Assembly (NCBI GenBank): GCA_964035545.1
Contig: CAXIUT010000208.1
Location: 1-32,631 of the forward strand
Length of the DNA: 32,631 bases
Direction: 5' to 3'
Source: Bugula neritina
Lineage: Eukaryota; Animalia; Bryozoa
Numbering within the stretch: position 1 is the first letter of the stretch; every line of letters begins with the position of its first letter. This document shows positions 1 through 11,447 of the stretch, one piece after another. The notes under the pieces are model-generated. The model saw nothing but the letters and a program-made list of their open reading frames with translations, searched no databases and was not told the origin of the DNA. The position numbers and the translations under genes are program-made.

Positions 1-75
1 CCCAACCCCAACCCCAACCCCAACCCCAACCCCAACCCCAACCCCAACCCCAACCCCAACCCCAACCCCAACCCC
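1..75. repeat. Left telomere, (CCCCAA)n
   Basis: Perfect C4A2 tandem repeat from position 1, the Tetrahymena/oligohymenophorean-type telomere repeat. Confidence 0.99.
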
Positions 76-146
76 TTTTAAATAAGTTGTAATTTTAATG
101 TTGTTATGAATATTTTTTTTAATAAATCTATTATTTTAGAACCACA

Positions 147-562
147 ATGACCACTTAAGTTCCAGTCGGCGATTTCGATACAGCTCTCAAGAGAATCATT
201 CAAACATCCAATGCTGATTCTCTTCTTGCAAAGGGAATTCACGAAGTTTCCAAGGCACTTGAAAGCAAGGACGAGAAAGTCAAAGCTAAGTTTGTGATCC
301 TTGCCAAGAACTGCTCTGAAGCCAACTACGTCAAGATTGTAAAAGGTCTTGCTAACCAAAACAAGGTAGTACTTTTCTAAGTTAGATTCCCGTTTTTGAG
401 ATTGAAGCTGGAGAAACTTTAGGAGAATGGCTTGGAATTAGCAAGAGCGACAAAAACGGAAACATCACCAAGAAAAGAAAATGTTCTTCAGTTGCTATAA
501 GAGATTTTTCAACTGATGTTAAAGAAGAAGAAAAGAAGGTCTTCCTTGCTAAACTTGGTTGA
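147..562 (+). CDS. RPS12: 40S ribosomal protein S12 (eS12), 131 aa; intron 366-385
   Basis: Reads MTTEVPVGDFDTALKRII...LAKGIHEVSKALE...FVILAKNCSEANYVKIVKGLA|IPVFEIEAGETLGEWLGI...RKCSSVAIRDF. A 20-nt GT-AG intron restores the frame; TGA stop. Confidence 0.96.
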
Positions 563-683
563 TTTTGTCCATTTAAACTCATCAAATATTCTTAAATCAA
601 CATTCATCAATTATTGATATATAATCACTATCCTTCATAATCTAAATAATTTATCTATTTTAATCAATATTATCATAATATTT

Positions 684-3600
684 TCATATTTAAATCATTT
701 ATTCTTGTAATATTCTGATATTCTTTTCTTCCATAAGCTTCAACATTTCTTTTCTTGATTTCTTATCTCCAGAATTAAACAAATTTACCAAATAAAGTTC
801 TTTACAATAAGGTCTTTGTTTTAAATTGAGATGCATAAAATTTTAATTACTTTCATTGACATCAGAAAGAAGTAATTTGTGAAATAAAACTATATAATGA
901 GGATACTATTATTCTCTTCTTTATTCAAGACAAAGTTCCTTTCCTATCCTAAAAAAGTAATTTTAAAAACCATATTTTTTAGGAATTTAATTTTATAAGA
1001 AAACACTAATTGCCATCCACAGACAAAGATTCTTATTTTTAGACAACTGAAATGAAGAAATAAAAGATATAAGAGGTTTTTTGTTCAAATTAATCCAATA
1101 TTTTATTAACTCTAAACAAGGAAAAATTGTCAATAATTTTTTCTCTTCTATTTATGATTAATTAAGTAGTTGATGTTAGATGAGATAACATAAGATAAAA
1201 TGTTTATCTGCTTATTATTTACAAGCCTAGATCAAACTTTTCAGAAGAACATTTTTAATTCTTTCTCTCAAAGAATTCAGATTATTTGTTATTCCAAATT
1301 TTACACATTACAATAAGATTAATATATTCTACATCTATTAAACAACTTTTTTGATAACCTTTTTATTTTCTTTCAACTATTTTTATTTTTATTAAAACTT
1401 AAAAATCAAATACTTTTCCAGTCTATTGTTATCATCAGTCAATAGAGATTAACTTATAGAATATTATTTTTTATTAGGATTATCTAGAATAGAAAGATAT
1501 AATTTCAGAACATAAGAGATAAGTTTAATATCATATTTTATTACAAATTTTAACAACCAAAATATTATTTAAAAAGAACAACTATTAGCTATTTATAAAA
1601 GTTGCATATAACATTTAATACATTATTGCAGATTTTCTTTATCAATATAAGTCATTTCAATATACATAATCCAAACTCCAATATTTAAAGATTCACTAAG
1701 TAATATTTATAACTGATTTAATATTTATTTTTAAGATACTTTCAAATATTATTGGATATTTTTATTTAAGTAATAGCAACAATTAATAAAAAATAAATAT
1801 TGATTTATCTTTTATTGCTGAAGAGGTAATTTCTTTTTAAGTGATATTAAAATCCTTTTTAAATACTATAATTTCACTATTTTAACTTAATTCATTATAA
1901 TTGATGTTTTCAATGGATTCCAATATCTTTTCCACCAATAAAACTATTCTTCTCCAAGTTTTAATTTATTCTGATATTTCTTATTCATCAATGTTTTTTA
2001 TATCAATGAAAAGCCAAACTAGCTATTAATGCCTTTACAACCAAAAACCAAAGGAAACTACAAATGATTAACCAAGAGATCAATTATTGTCATATAACTT
2101 TAATTATCTCGATATAAATAAAGTGAAAAATCAATATCTTCAATAAGAATAAATGATTCAGGTTTATTGTTAATTTGTTATTGATCTAGTAGAGGATGAG
2201 ATGGACGCCAAGCCTAATTATGAAGTTTTAATTCTCTTTCATAAATATTTTTTTTGTCTATTTTTTATTAAAATTAGTATTCGCCAATAAAATTTAGTTA
2301 TTTTTAATTTATTTGACGAGTTGTATTAAATTTTTAATTTCCCCATCCAGCTTAACCATTTATTTATCCCAATTTAAATCTTTAAGGATTTTCCCAGTAC
2401 TATCCAAAAGATTTAACCCTTTCCTAATTATTTGTTACTTTTATCATAGCTTCTGGAATAAAAAAATTATAATCAATCAAACCTACAATAAGTCCTGTCG
2501 CAAGTTAGCCATAACCTTCAAGTTTATATATTAAAATAATATTTTTGATTATTTCAAGACCTGCCTTTCTTATTTTCCACAGTTAAATAGCAGATCTAGT
2601 AGAATCAACAATACTTCTGAAAAGGTAAGTGATTTATTAAAATATTTTTCTTGATATTTCATGAGAGTAGATATTAAATTGACCAATTTGCAAATATAAA
2701 TACAATTTCCAAAATTAAATTTGATGAGGATTAGCTTTTATAAACTATAAACACTTTTAAGATATTGAAACTAAGTCACTTTGCTTCTAAATAAGTTTTT
2801 TAAGATAAGCCAATCCAAGAATTTAATTAAAAGGATTTAATTTTAATCCTTTTTATAAAATACTAATCTATCTTTAATTTAAAGCCATCATATTTTTTAC
2901 ATTATTATGTACCTCAGAAATTTACGATTGAATATTCACAAACTATAGCCATAGGTTTATGTTTTTAGGATTCTAATTGAGCTTGCTATTATAATCTCGA
3001 TTTATTTTCAATAGTTTTTATTAAGAAGTGGATTGTATGGATAAAGTTGATTGACTAAAAGGTATAAAAGGAGGAAGATTATGATTTTATTTAAGAGAAG
3101 GTAATTTTTGGAAACTAACAGATTCATATCCTTCAAAATTAAAATACCTATGTCTACTTTTCTAATCTTTATTAATATTATATTTTTTTTGGTTTATTTT
3201 TTTGTTCATTGATTTAATTACTTCTTGTTCTTTGATATTTTTACTCCCAATAACTTTGGAAAAACTAAATAAATCAGATAGTACTTTGGCAATCTTGTAT
3301 ATTGAGGAACATCCTTATCCATTATCCCATAACTATATAGCTCTTATTGAGGAAAAGGAATAATATCTACTTCAAGCAATCCTTCTCCAATCTTTTTATT
3401 TAACTCGAATTCGCTACCCAGCTCTTACTTGATAATTTTTACTCTATTTTAGCTTTAATATTTTTCCATAAGTTTTTTCTTTCTATCCTCCCAATCTATA
3501 ACGACTAATCTGTCTTCAGTATTCACTTAAAAATTCATTTTTTTATCTTATTTTACTCTTTTATGATGTTTTTTATTTTTTTATTATTCAAAAACATCCT

Positions 3601-3829
3601 TTTTTCTTTCTTTATGCTTCTTTTTCTTTTCTTTTTTGACTTTTTTATTTATTTTATTCTATCTTATCTGAGGAGTATCATCTGAATCAGATTGTTCTTA
3701 AAATTTTTCAGAGGCTTAATCAAGTTTAATTTTATCGCTTCCAATTTCAAACAAGTGATTAAGATTATCTGATTAACTTTAAATCTCTATAGCTTCGATC
3801 TTATGTCCGAAAGAATTTTTTTTCTCCAT
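684..3829 (-). CDS. NRDE2: NRDE2-like nuclear exosome regulator / nuclear RNAi and splicing factor, about 1041 aa; intron 3265-3284
   Basis: NRDE2 motifs in the right order: YNSKLNENPKNINLWLEFVNIQ, ISILEKGLKLNP, EGYGELATGLIVGLIDYNFF, FGEYWENPERFKLGE..GEAGW, AWRP...PESFILIEDI, C-terminal RPYCKELYL...LMEEKNIRI. Start and stop frames reconcile with one 20-nt intron; part of the middle was not read codon by codon. Confidence 0.85.
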
Positions 3830-3863
3830 AAAAATTGTCTATTATAAATATGTTTATAAACAA

Positions 3864-4604
3864 TCACAAAAAGTTCTATTCATTCTGATGAAAATCTTTA
3901 AATTATTTGATGTAAATTTTCATTTTATCCTTAAGTTTTGGATTTAACTATATCTTTTTTTGCAAAATATTGAGTCCTTTGATCGCCTCTTTTAAATTTT
4001 TAGAACATTAGTTGATTTTTTAAAGCTCCTTTAAAACAATTTTTTTCTGTTTTTTTTATTGTTTGGAAGGTTTTTCTTGTGGTTCTTGTAATATATCTCG
4101 ATTTGAATTTTATTGAACTTATTGTACATTGACTTTAATGTCTTAATCCACAGAACAAGAGATCATTTGATTTTTATCCATAAGCTAAAGATTATTTGCT
4201 TCTTATTGAGGTTTAATATTAGAGTTTAAATCTTATTTTTATTCTTTTTCAACTATTTTATCTTTTAGTTCTTTTTATAAGTGAGATATTTTTATATCTT
4301 CTTTATTTTCTATTTTTTATGATTATGCTGGAGGGAAATTTTATTGAACTTTTTAAAGAATGACATTCATAGCTTCTGAAATTTCTTATTTATTAACAAC
4401 TGCAGGTATAATCTTGATTTATATTTGCTCTATCTTCTCTGGTGAAACACTTTCTGATTTATTTAAATGTTAAGGTTCCTCTTCACCAATAATTTTCACA
4501 GGAGAGCTCTTCTAAACTATCTAACTTTGACTAGAAATAGCTACAATTTTATCCTTATTTTGTTACAGTAACTTTTTTTTCAACTCTTCAAGCTTTTGAT
4601 TCAT
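3864..4604 (-). CDS. Hypothetical Lys/Glu-rich protein, 246 aa
   Basis: ATG-to-TGA frame of 741 nt under UAR=Glu (MNQKLEELKKKLLE...); no recognisable domain. Confidence 0.75.
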
Positions 4605-4698
4605 ATTGATTGATTATGAATTGATTTATAAAGTGATATTAACATCAATATGATATGAAAATAGATGATAAAATATTTATGAATAATAATAGTTATCA

Positions 4699-5138
4699 AT
4701 GGCGGACAATAATAATGAACAAGAAATTGAAGAAGCTCCTTAAGTGATAGAACAACCCAATCAACAAATAGTTGATCATATACCTCTCAAAGACTAGTTT
4801 TCTTCAGACCTCTCAGAAATAGATTTGGCTGACTACGCAGATAAACAATAAGAAGTTGGTCCTTCTCAGAAAATTGTCCCTTTAAAACCTAAACGTAAAA
4901 AAATAATGAAGAATTATATTTGGAAGCAAAAATGGGTATTTTATTGATAAATTAGATAAAACAAGCAAACGTAATAAATGGATCAGCTCCTCTTTGGATA
5001 AAAAAATGGATCAAAGTAAAATTTAATCAAAATGAAAATGCATAAGTTGATTTTAACCAAGAACCAGCTTAAAAAGATAAGGGAGCTCTTTAATTAGCTC
5101 ATGCTATTATCCAAGAACAAATGAATAGTGTGTCATGA
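4699..5138 (+). CDS. Small protein with a BCL7/Rtt102-like W-x-x-K-W...I-x-K-W motif, 139 aa; intron 4936-4955
   Basis: YIWKQKW|IKQANVINGSAPLWIKKWIKV resembles the BCL7 N-terminal domain ([23 protein letters not shown]). The gene model is solid; the family call is tentative. Confidence 0.6.
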
Positions 5139-5169
5139 TCTCAATTTGTATTCAGATAAATATCGGCTA

Positions 5170-5931
5170 TCATAATTCTTCTATTTTCTCTTTTCTAACA
5201 TTTTTTACCTTAATCTTTTTGGATCTTTTGTCTTTTTTATCTTTTTTGTCAGGTTTTTCTTCAGCTATTTATTCTTTCACTTCCTCAGGTTGTTCTTAAA
5301 TTTATTTCTAAGATGGATTTGCAGAAAATAACTTATGTTTTAAAGGTAAAGGACTTACAACAATAAAAGTATACTCAGGATTTTGTTAGTTAAGAGTTTC
5401 AATTTCATCAACAGTTTTTTATTCAAGATCTCCAAAATTGGTAATAACCCAGTATTTGCTATTCATTGATTCATGTTAAAAATCAATAAATTTTGAAACA
5501 GTATTTTTGATTTTTTTGAGAGGAGGTACTTCAATCAAAGTTTGTGAAATTTTACAATCAAAATCTGAATTAGATTTTTTTCCTTTTTTCTTTCCTTTTC
5601 CTTAAAGATTTTTTCTGACTACTGCTCCACCTTGACTTTCTAATCTATAGGATAAAAAATCAGCAAGTTAAATAGTTTCTTTAATATCTTTAGATCCAAC
5701 AGATCCACTATCCTTTAGGTAAATATTAGCGAAATCAAGATTTTTTGCCTAGTCTAGATGTTCAGCTCTTGAGGAATGATTGTTGAGATTATCATACCAG
5801 TGCTGATGATGTAGTATTTCATTTCCGAAAAGAAATGCAACTGGTAGTAAGGCTAAAAGGAATGCTATGATGATAATACCAAACTTAGCCATGAAATCTA
5901 TAACTTTGTTTACTTTGATCGTAAAGCTCAT
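5170..5931 (-). CDS. Hypothetical protein with an N-terminal transmembrane/signal anchor and a charged C-terminal tail, 253 aa
   Basis: Hydrophobic FGIIIIAFLLALLPVAFLF; the frame continues through UAR codons to TGA at 5172-5170. Confidence 0.8.
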
Positions 5932-6027
5932 AATATATTCTTATTATATCTTAAGTAACTTTTAATATATTTTATTCAAACTTAGTAGTTTAAAATCATG
6001 ATATAGATCAATATCACAAACACATAA

Positions 6028-8868
6028 TCAATTTTTTGGACTATTTTTGCCACTTTTCTTAATAGCTCTCTCTAAAGAATCAATTGTATCATCTTTGTCA
6101 TTCGTCTGCATATATACCTAGTATATTCCTTTCAAAATGTCAACATTGATAAAATTCAGTTTCTCTCTTTAAAGCTTCGCCTCTTCAACTAAATTATTTA
6201 TTACCAGGTCTTGATGAATACTGTCGATATTAGTAATATATTCATTGAAGGATTATACCCATTACTGTTGTTGGTTATGTTCATCAAGACGGTTAAAAAG
6301 AGTAGTCAGTTGAGGTTCATTATTATTTATACAATATTTAACAAGATCTTTTTTTGTAAAAGATTTATATCTAGTAGCAACTATCTGGTCGATAAAATTG
6401 CATCTATCTTGTTTCTTTTGTTTTTCTTTGTATTAATTATATGTATCCTCTTTTGTTAAATTATTTAAAACAGCTTTTTTATCTTTAGTCAATTCAACCA
6501 TTTTCTCAATCAACTAGTTTTATTCAATTTTAAGATTAGTATACAACTGAATAAGAGAAACATCTCCAGCTCTTATAAACTTTTCTAGAGAAATTCTTTA
6601 ATCACCCGAATGAATATGGTTTTCATAGAGGAAAAGAATAATTAATTGTGATTAAGTTTCAAGAGTGAATTGAACAACTTCAGAATGATCTATTTCATAA
6701 AGATTATTAAGATAGTAGTTATAATCGATAGAATAAATCGTATCAACAAACTATTCAATATTCCTATCAAGTAAATATACTTCAAATGCAGCAAGAATAT
6801 TCAAATCGGACCAAGTATAAAGATAAAATGATATTTTTAGTTGCTTCTTATTGATAATACGTTGTTTGTATAAGTAATAGATAAGCCCGTGGAAAATCTA
6901 TATTTTTTGCATTTTAAGATGTAACTTTTAGTCAATTACTGTTCTCTAGCGAATCAAGTCATAACGGCTTTCGATCTATCTAAGATATTTTCTAAATAGA
7001 GAAAACTATACATGACTATTTTGGAAGACATTTTTTCGACTTTTTTGCTCTTTTATGGGTTTTTTATGAAATTTTCAATCATAAAAGCATCATTTTTAAG
7101 TATCAAGTCAGATATTCCTGCTCTTTAAGCCTCTGAGTAATCTTTTGAAAATTGAATGTCATGAAGAACATGAGGTGAAATATAATCAAGAGGTTTATAA
7201 TGAAACTGTGATGCAAAGAGAATGTGTTGCATACGATATTTGGTAGTTTACCTGAAAGGACTCATTAGTTAGCTATAATTAGGTGATTTAGCCTCCTCTT
7301 TCTAACAATCAAGTAATTTAATTGTAAAACCACCTTTATTTTTATCTGTATTATTTCTAGCAACTGAAGAATAATGAATATTTAAACTCTATTTCTGTTA
7401 TTAAACTTTGTTAGACTAAACTGATAATAAACCTCTTTGTAGATCTTCTACAAAATCATTGATATTTCCAAATTTATATAACTTTAGAAGAGATGTAAAT
7501 ACAAAACTTTTCCTGTTTTATTGATTCTGATTAATTATTTTTTTCTATTTTTCAGATAAATTCGATAATTTTTACTCAATGATGTCTTTTAAAAACACCT
7601 AAATATTATCAAAAAATACTTTAACTAACTTTATGTTCAGTTGTTCTCGAGTAGGAAGTTTGAGGTTAAGACCTTGCAAGAAAGTAAGTAAATTTGAGTC
7701 ATTTGTTTTGATTAAAGCCGAAAGCAAGCTTTTTTCAATCCTATTGAGAGCCTATCCTTCCCAAAACCATTCTGGCTGATATAAATCATTTTAAAATGAA
7801 ATTTAATTTGTAACATGAGATTTTATTGGGCTATCTTGTTTTTGATTATGAAATATTTTTCTACTTTTAATATCTTTATCAGGAGTAACTGGTTTTACTT
7901 TGATATTTTATGATGTTCTGTTGGGTTTTCCTCCAAAGTCAGATAATTTTTCTGGAGAAGTCTCTATTTTATGATCAAAAGAACGTTGTTCATGAACGTG
8001 AATTAGATTTTTTCCTTTTCTAGGTTCAGGAGTATCATCAAAAGGAATATCACCAATTTTAATCAAATTTTTGATATACTGAAGAATTTCATCAGCAGCA
8101 GTAATTTGAGCAGGAAACTACCTTTCATAGATCATTTTTCTTCCTTTGAACAATGAAAAAACAAGACAATCTCCAAGGAGAGCTGAAGATGAAGTATGAA
8201 TTTTAATCGGATGAAGAGCATAGAAAAAATCTATTTCATTGAACTCAAATACAAGCTATCTCAATATTTTTTTTGCAAGAAAAGAGGCTTTCTTACGATT
8301 GTTGAAGAAAACTATACCAAAGAGTCTTTTAGCTTTATTTCCACAAACTTCAGACATGAAAAGTTGGAAGTCATCGATATAAAATTTACTATCTAGCATT
8401 TATTTTTCACTTGGAGGATTATTCCTTCCTGATACTTTGCTCATATTTTTTTGACTACAAACTTCACTTTTAGATCTATCGTCCTAACTATCATCTTCCA
8501 GAAATATTTCATATTAATTACAATTTTTATGAATATTCTGGTTGATCAATTCTTCAAGAGATGTTCTTCCTTGATTACATTTAAAATATTTGATTTCTGA
8601 ATGAAGACTTAAAGCTTTCTTTAGAAGATTCCTCAGGTTTTGAGGTTTTGTCTTGTTTGATATAACGAACTAGCGCTTAAGATTATGATGGGAAAAGGTG
8701 ACAGATCTCATCAAATTGGATATTATTGATATATTATTAGTTAAGATCTCTCAGAAAAGTACAAAAATTTTTAATTTACTACAAAAAAATATCCAATATT
8801 TATCTTTATTCAACTTTTTAAACTTTTTAAAAGATAGAAGTGTAATAAAGCTCAAACCAATCAATCAT
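6028..8868 (-). CDS. Large hypothetical protein, about 946 aa; start uncertain because the ATG overlaps the Cdc14 stop
   Basis: Same frame at both ends over 2841 nt. Contains two copies of a helical motif, ILAAFEVYLLDRNIEEFVDTI and ILKGIYEVYMQTNDKDDTIDSL. Confidence 0.75.
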
Positions 8869-10174
8869 TTTTTTTTACTATCATTTTTTTTCTTAGCATC
8901 CATTAACTTATTACCTTGGTTTATTTGCCCTTTAGATCCAATCACTTTTTCTTCTTCACTCATCTTTCCTTTACCATTTAAATTTAAACTCTAAATAGAC
9001 ATATTTATTTACCTTTAGCTGTTTAGCAATATCTATTTCTGATAACCTTAATTTTACTTATTTCCAAATTTATGATTTATCACCTTCTGCTTTTAGAGCC
9101 TCTTCACTTTCTAACAAAAAGAACTGTTGAGGACCGAGAATTGAACCGGGTCTACACATTCTGATCCATCCAATAAAATCAGGAGCATTAAAATGATAAT
9201 GCTTAATAGCATAACAGCCGATTAGTGTTCCTGTACGACCAAGCCCTGCTTTACAATGAACTCCTATAGCTTCTGTCTCCTTTTCTGCAATATTTAAAAA
9301 TTCTTAAACAATTTCTTTTGAAGGACAAGTTCCATCAGTAAAGAAGAGTTAATGATGATTTATTCCTCCTTCTTTAAACGTATTACGATCATAAGTTTGA
9401 TTATTAAGTCGAATTACAGCATTCACACCCATTTTTTTGAATATTGGAATGTAGTCTTTCGGTGTAAAAGTTGAATTCTAAGTTAGAAGAACATACATCT
9501 TGGGTGTCTTTATTTTTATCATAAGGCGAACTCAAGGCTACAAACTTATTTGGAATTATCCAGTTAATATCTCCATTCTAAATCTTTTAATAGTGCTCAT
9601 ACTAAGCAATATCAAACTTTTTATAGTCAAACCAACCTATTTTAATCGCATATTGCAATCCTTTTAAGCAGTCCAATATCTATATTATCTATCTTTTACA
9701 CTACATTTGTATGTGCACTGTCCATAGCCTGCATCTCTAAAAGGCCGAAATTATACCTATTTAAAAGGCTCAAAAGCTTCTTCTGCTGTCTTTTTAAGCA
9801 CAATAATCTTCATAATCATTATCTTACAAGGTAGCAGCAGACAAGTAAAGCTGAATTGGTACATTTTGTGTAATGTGGAGAAGTATGATGATAGAAGGTA
9901 TTCTTTGCAAACTTTTAATCTGTTAAAAATTTCGAAACTTCATTAATATACTTCCAGACTTTAGCAAGGTTCAAAGGACCAAAGTCTTCAAAAAATCCTT
10001 CATATACTAAATCCTTAATCGATATACAGTTACGTTATCAATATTGAAGAAGAAAGCATTGGGGATATTTTGAGGTTGACTGTTGTCAGCAAGATAGAAA
10101 AACTTATCTGAGTCAAAGACACAAATACTTGGGATGATAGTGACCAAAGTCCTTGGTATATTTTTGTCGGTCAT
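8865..10174 (-). CDS. CDC14: Cdc14 dual-specificity phosphatase, 395 aa; introns 10108-10128, 10014-10033, 9808-9827, 9680-9699, 9478-9496, 8991-9012
   Basis: [46 protein letters not shown], catalytic [26 protein letters not shown]. Confidence 0.97.
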
Positions 10175-10357
10175 TAATAAATAATCCAGCTTGATTTGAA
10201 CATGCTTGAAAATAAAAACAGTCCAAAAAGCAATAAAAATCAAAATTAGAATAACCATGTTTATAGTTATTTCTTCCTTTCAACGTCTTTAAAGCCATAA
10301 TAAAGTCCAATTCTCATAAGAATTATAAAATTAATTCAATAACAAAATATGAGATCA

Positions 10358-11276
10358 TCAGAATTGCATAGCTAAGGCTAATTTAGATTGCTAGAGTTCC
10401 ATAGTTTGATCATGACTAAGCTTTTGAACAACATTTCTATATTTCTTTTTCAGTTGTTTCTGCTCTCTGCTAAAAACTTGCTCTTTATCAATCTGATACT
10501 CTTCTAGTTTGCTCAGTAAAGCACTATATTTTTTAGACTGAAACACATTCAATCTCTCTTCTTCGAACTCAGCATATCTTTATAATGCTTTCTCCCTTTA
10601 TAATTTTTGCTTTTCAATCTAAATTCTATTTCTATTACCGCTTTAGCATGCATATTCTTCACGAAATGAAGATAAGCAAAATTATTTTGTTTTTGTAATA
10701 ACCTCTCTTTCTTTTACAAGTCAATTATCTCGGCACTTGTTTGATGTAAAGAATGATATCTTTTTCGTATTCTAGATCTAGCTTTGACAATATCTCTTTG
10801 TTGTTACTACTTGAATTGTCTCAAAATATAAGATTCTCTCCCTTTCAGTCTTTACATATATTGACTCCAGGCCCATTATATCTTTCGCTTATTATTTTTA
10901 AAAGCATAACTTACTGATCTCCTTTCTGCTTTCTGACAATCTAGAAGTCGAGATACTTTGTATTTAGCCAATTCTGATTTAGCCCTTTTGATATTATTTT
11001 CTATGTTCTCAGCTCGATAATACTGTCTTTTCATCATACATTTCTATTTTTTTCTTGACAATTTGACTCTAAATATTTATTTATCTACATTTCTTCTGAG
11101 AAAGAGCGAAATGATGATTGATTAGGGAAAGGTTCTGGATTGAGTCTTGGTCTTGATCTTCTAAACGATAGTGGACTATTGTATCTTTTATGATTCGTGG
11201 TTGGGTTGCGAGTATCAAGTTCTGATTCATATTTGCTGTGGTTTTGTTATAGAGGCGATGGAGTTTGTCTTTTCAT
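10358..11276 (-). CDS. Hypothetical basic coiled-coil protein, 292 aa; introns 11069-11088 and 10619-10638
   Basis: Continuous frame once two consensus 20-nt introns are removed. Confidence 0.75.
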
Positions 11277-11447
11277 GAATTATTTCGATTGAGATTAAAC
11301 CAATAAATTATATTTCATTTAAACAACTATAATTTCTTATTGATCTAATCTAATTAACTATTTTAATGAACTAACTTTAGTCTTTTTCGCAATATAATTA
11401 ATAGAGGAACTTCATGACATGAAATAGTTCTTTATAATTAATAGTTC

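Noticed and set aside
78-585. ORF-track minus-strand ORFs 78-359 and 382-585, and most other track ORFs
   Set aside because: They are antisense or off-frame shadows of real genes, or fragments cut at UAR codons by the standard code.
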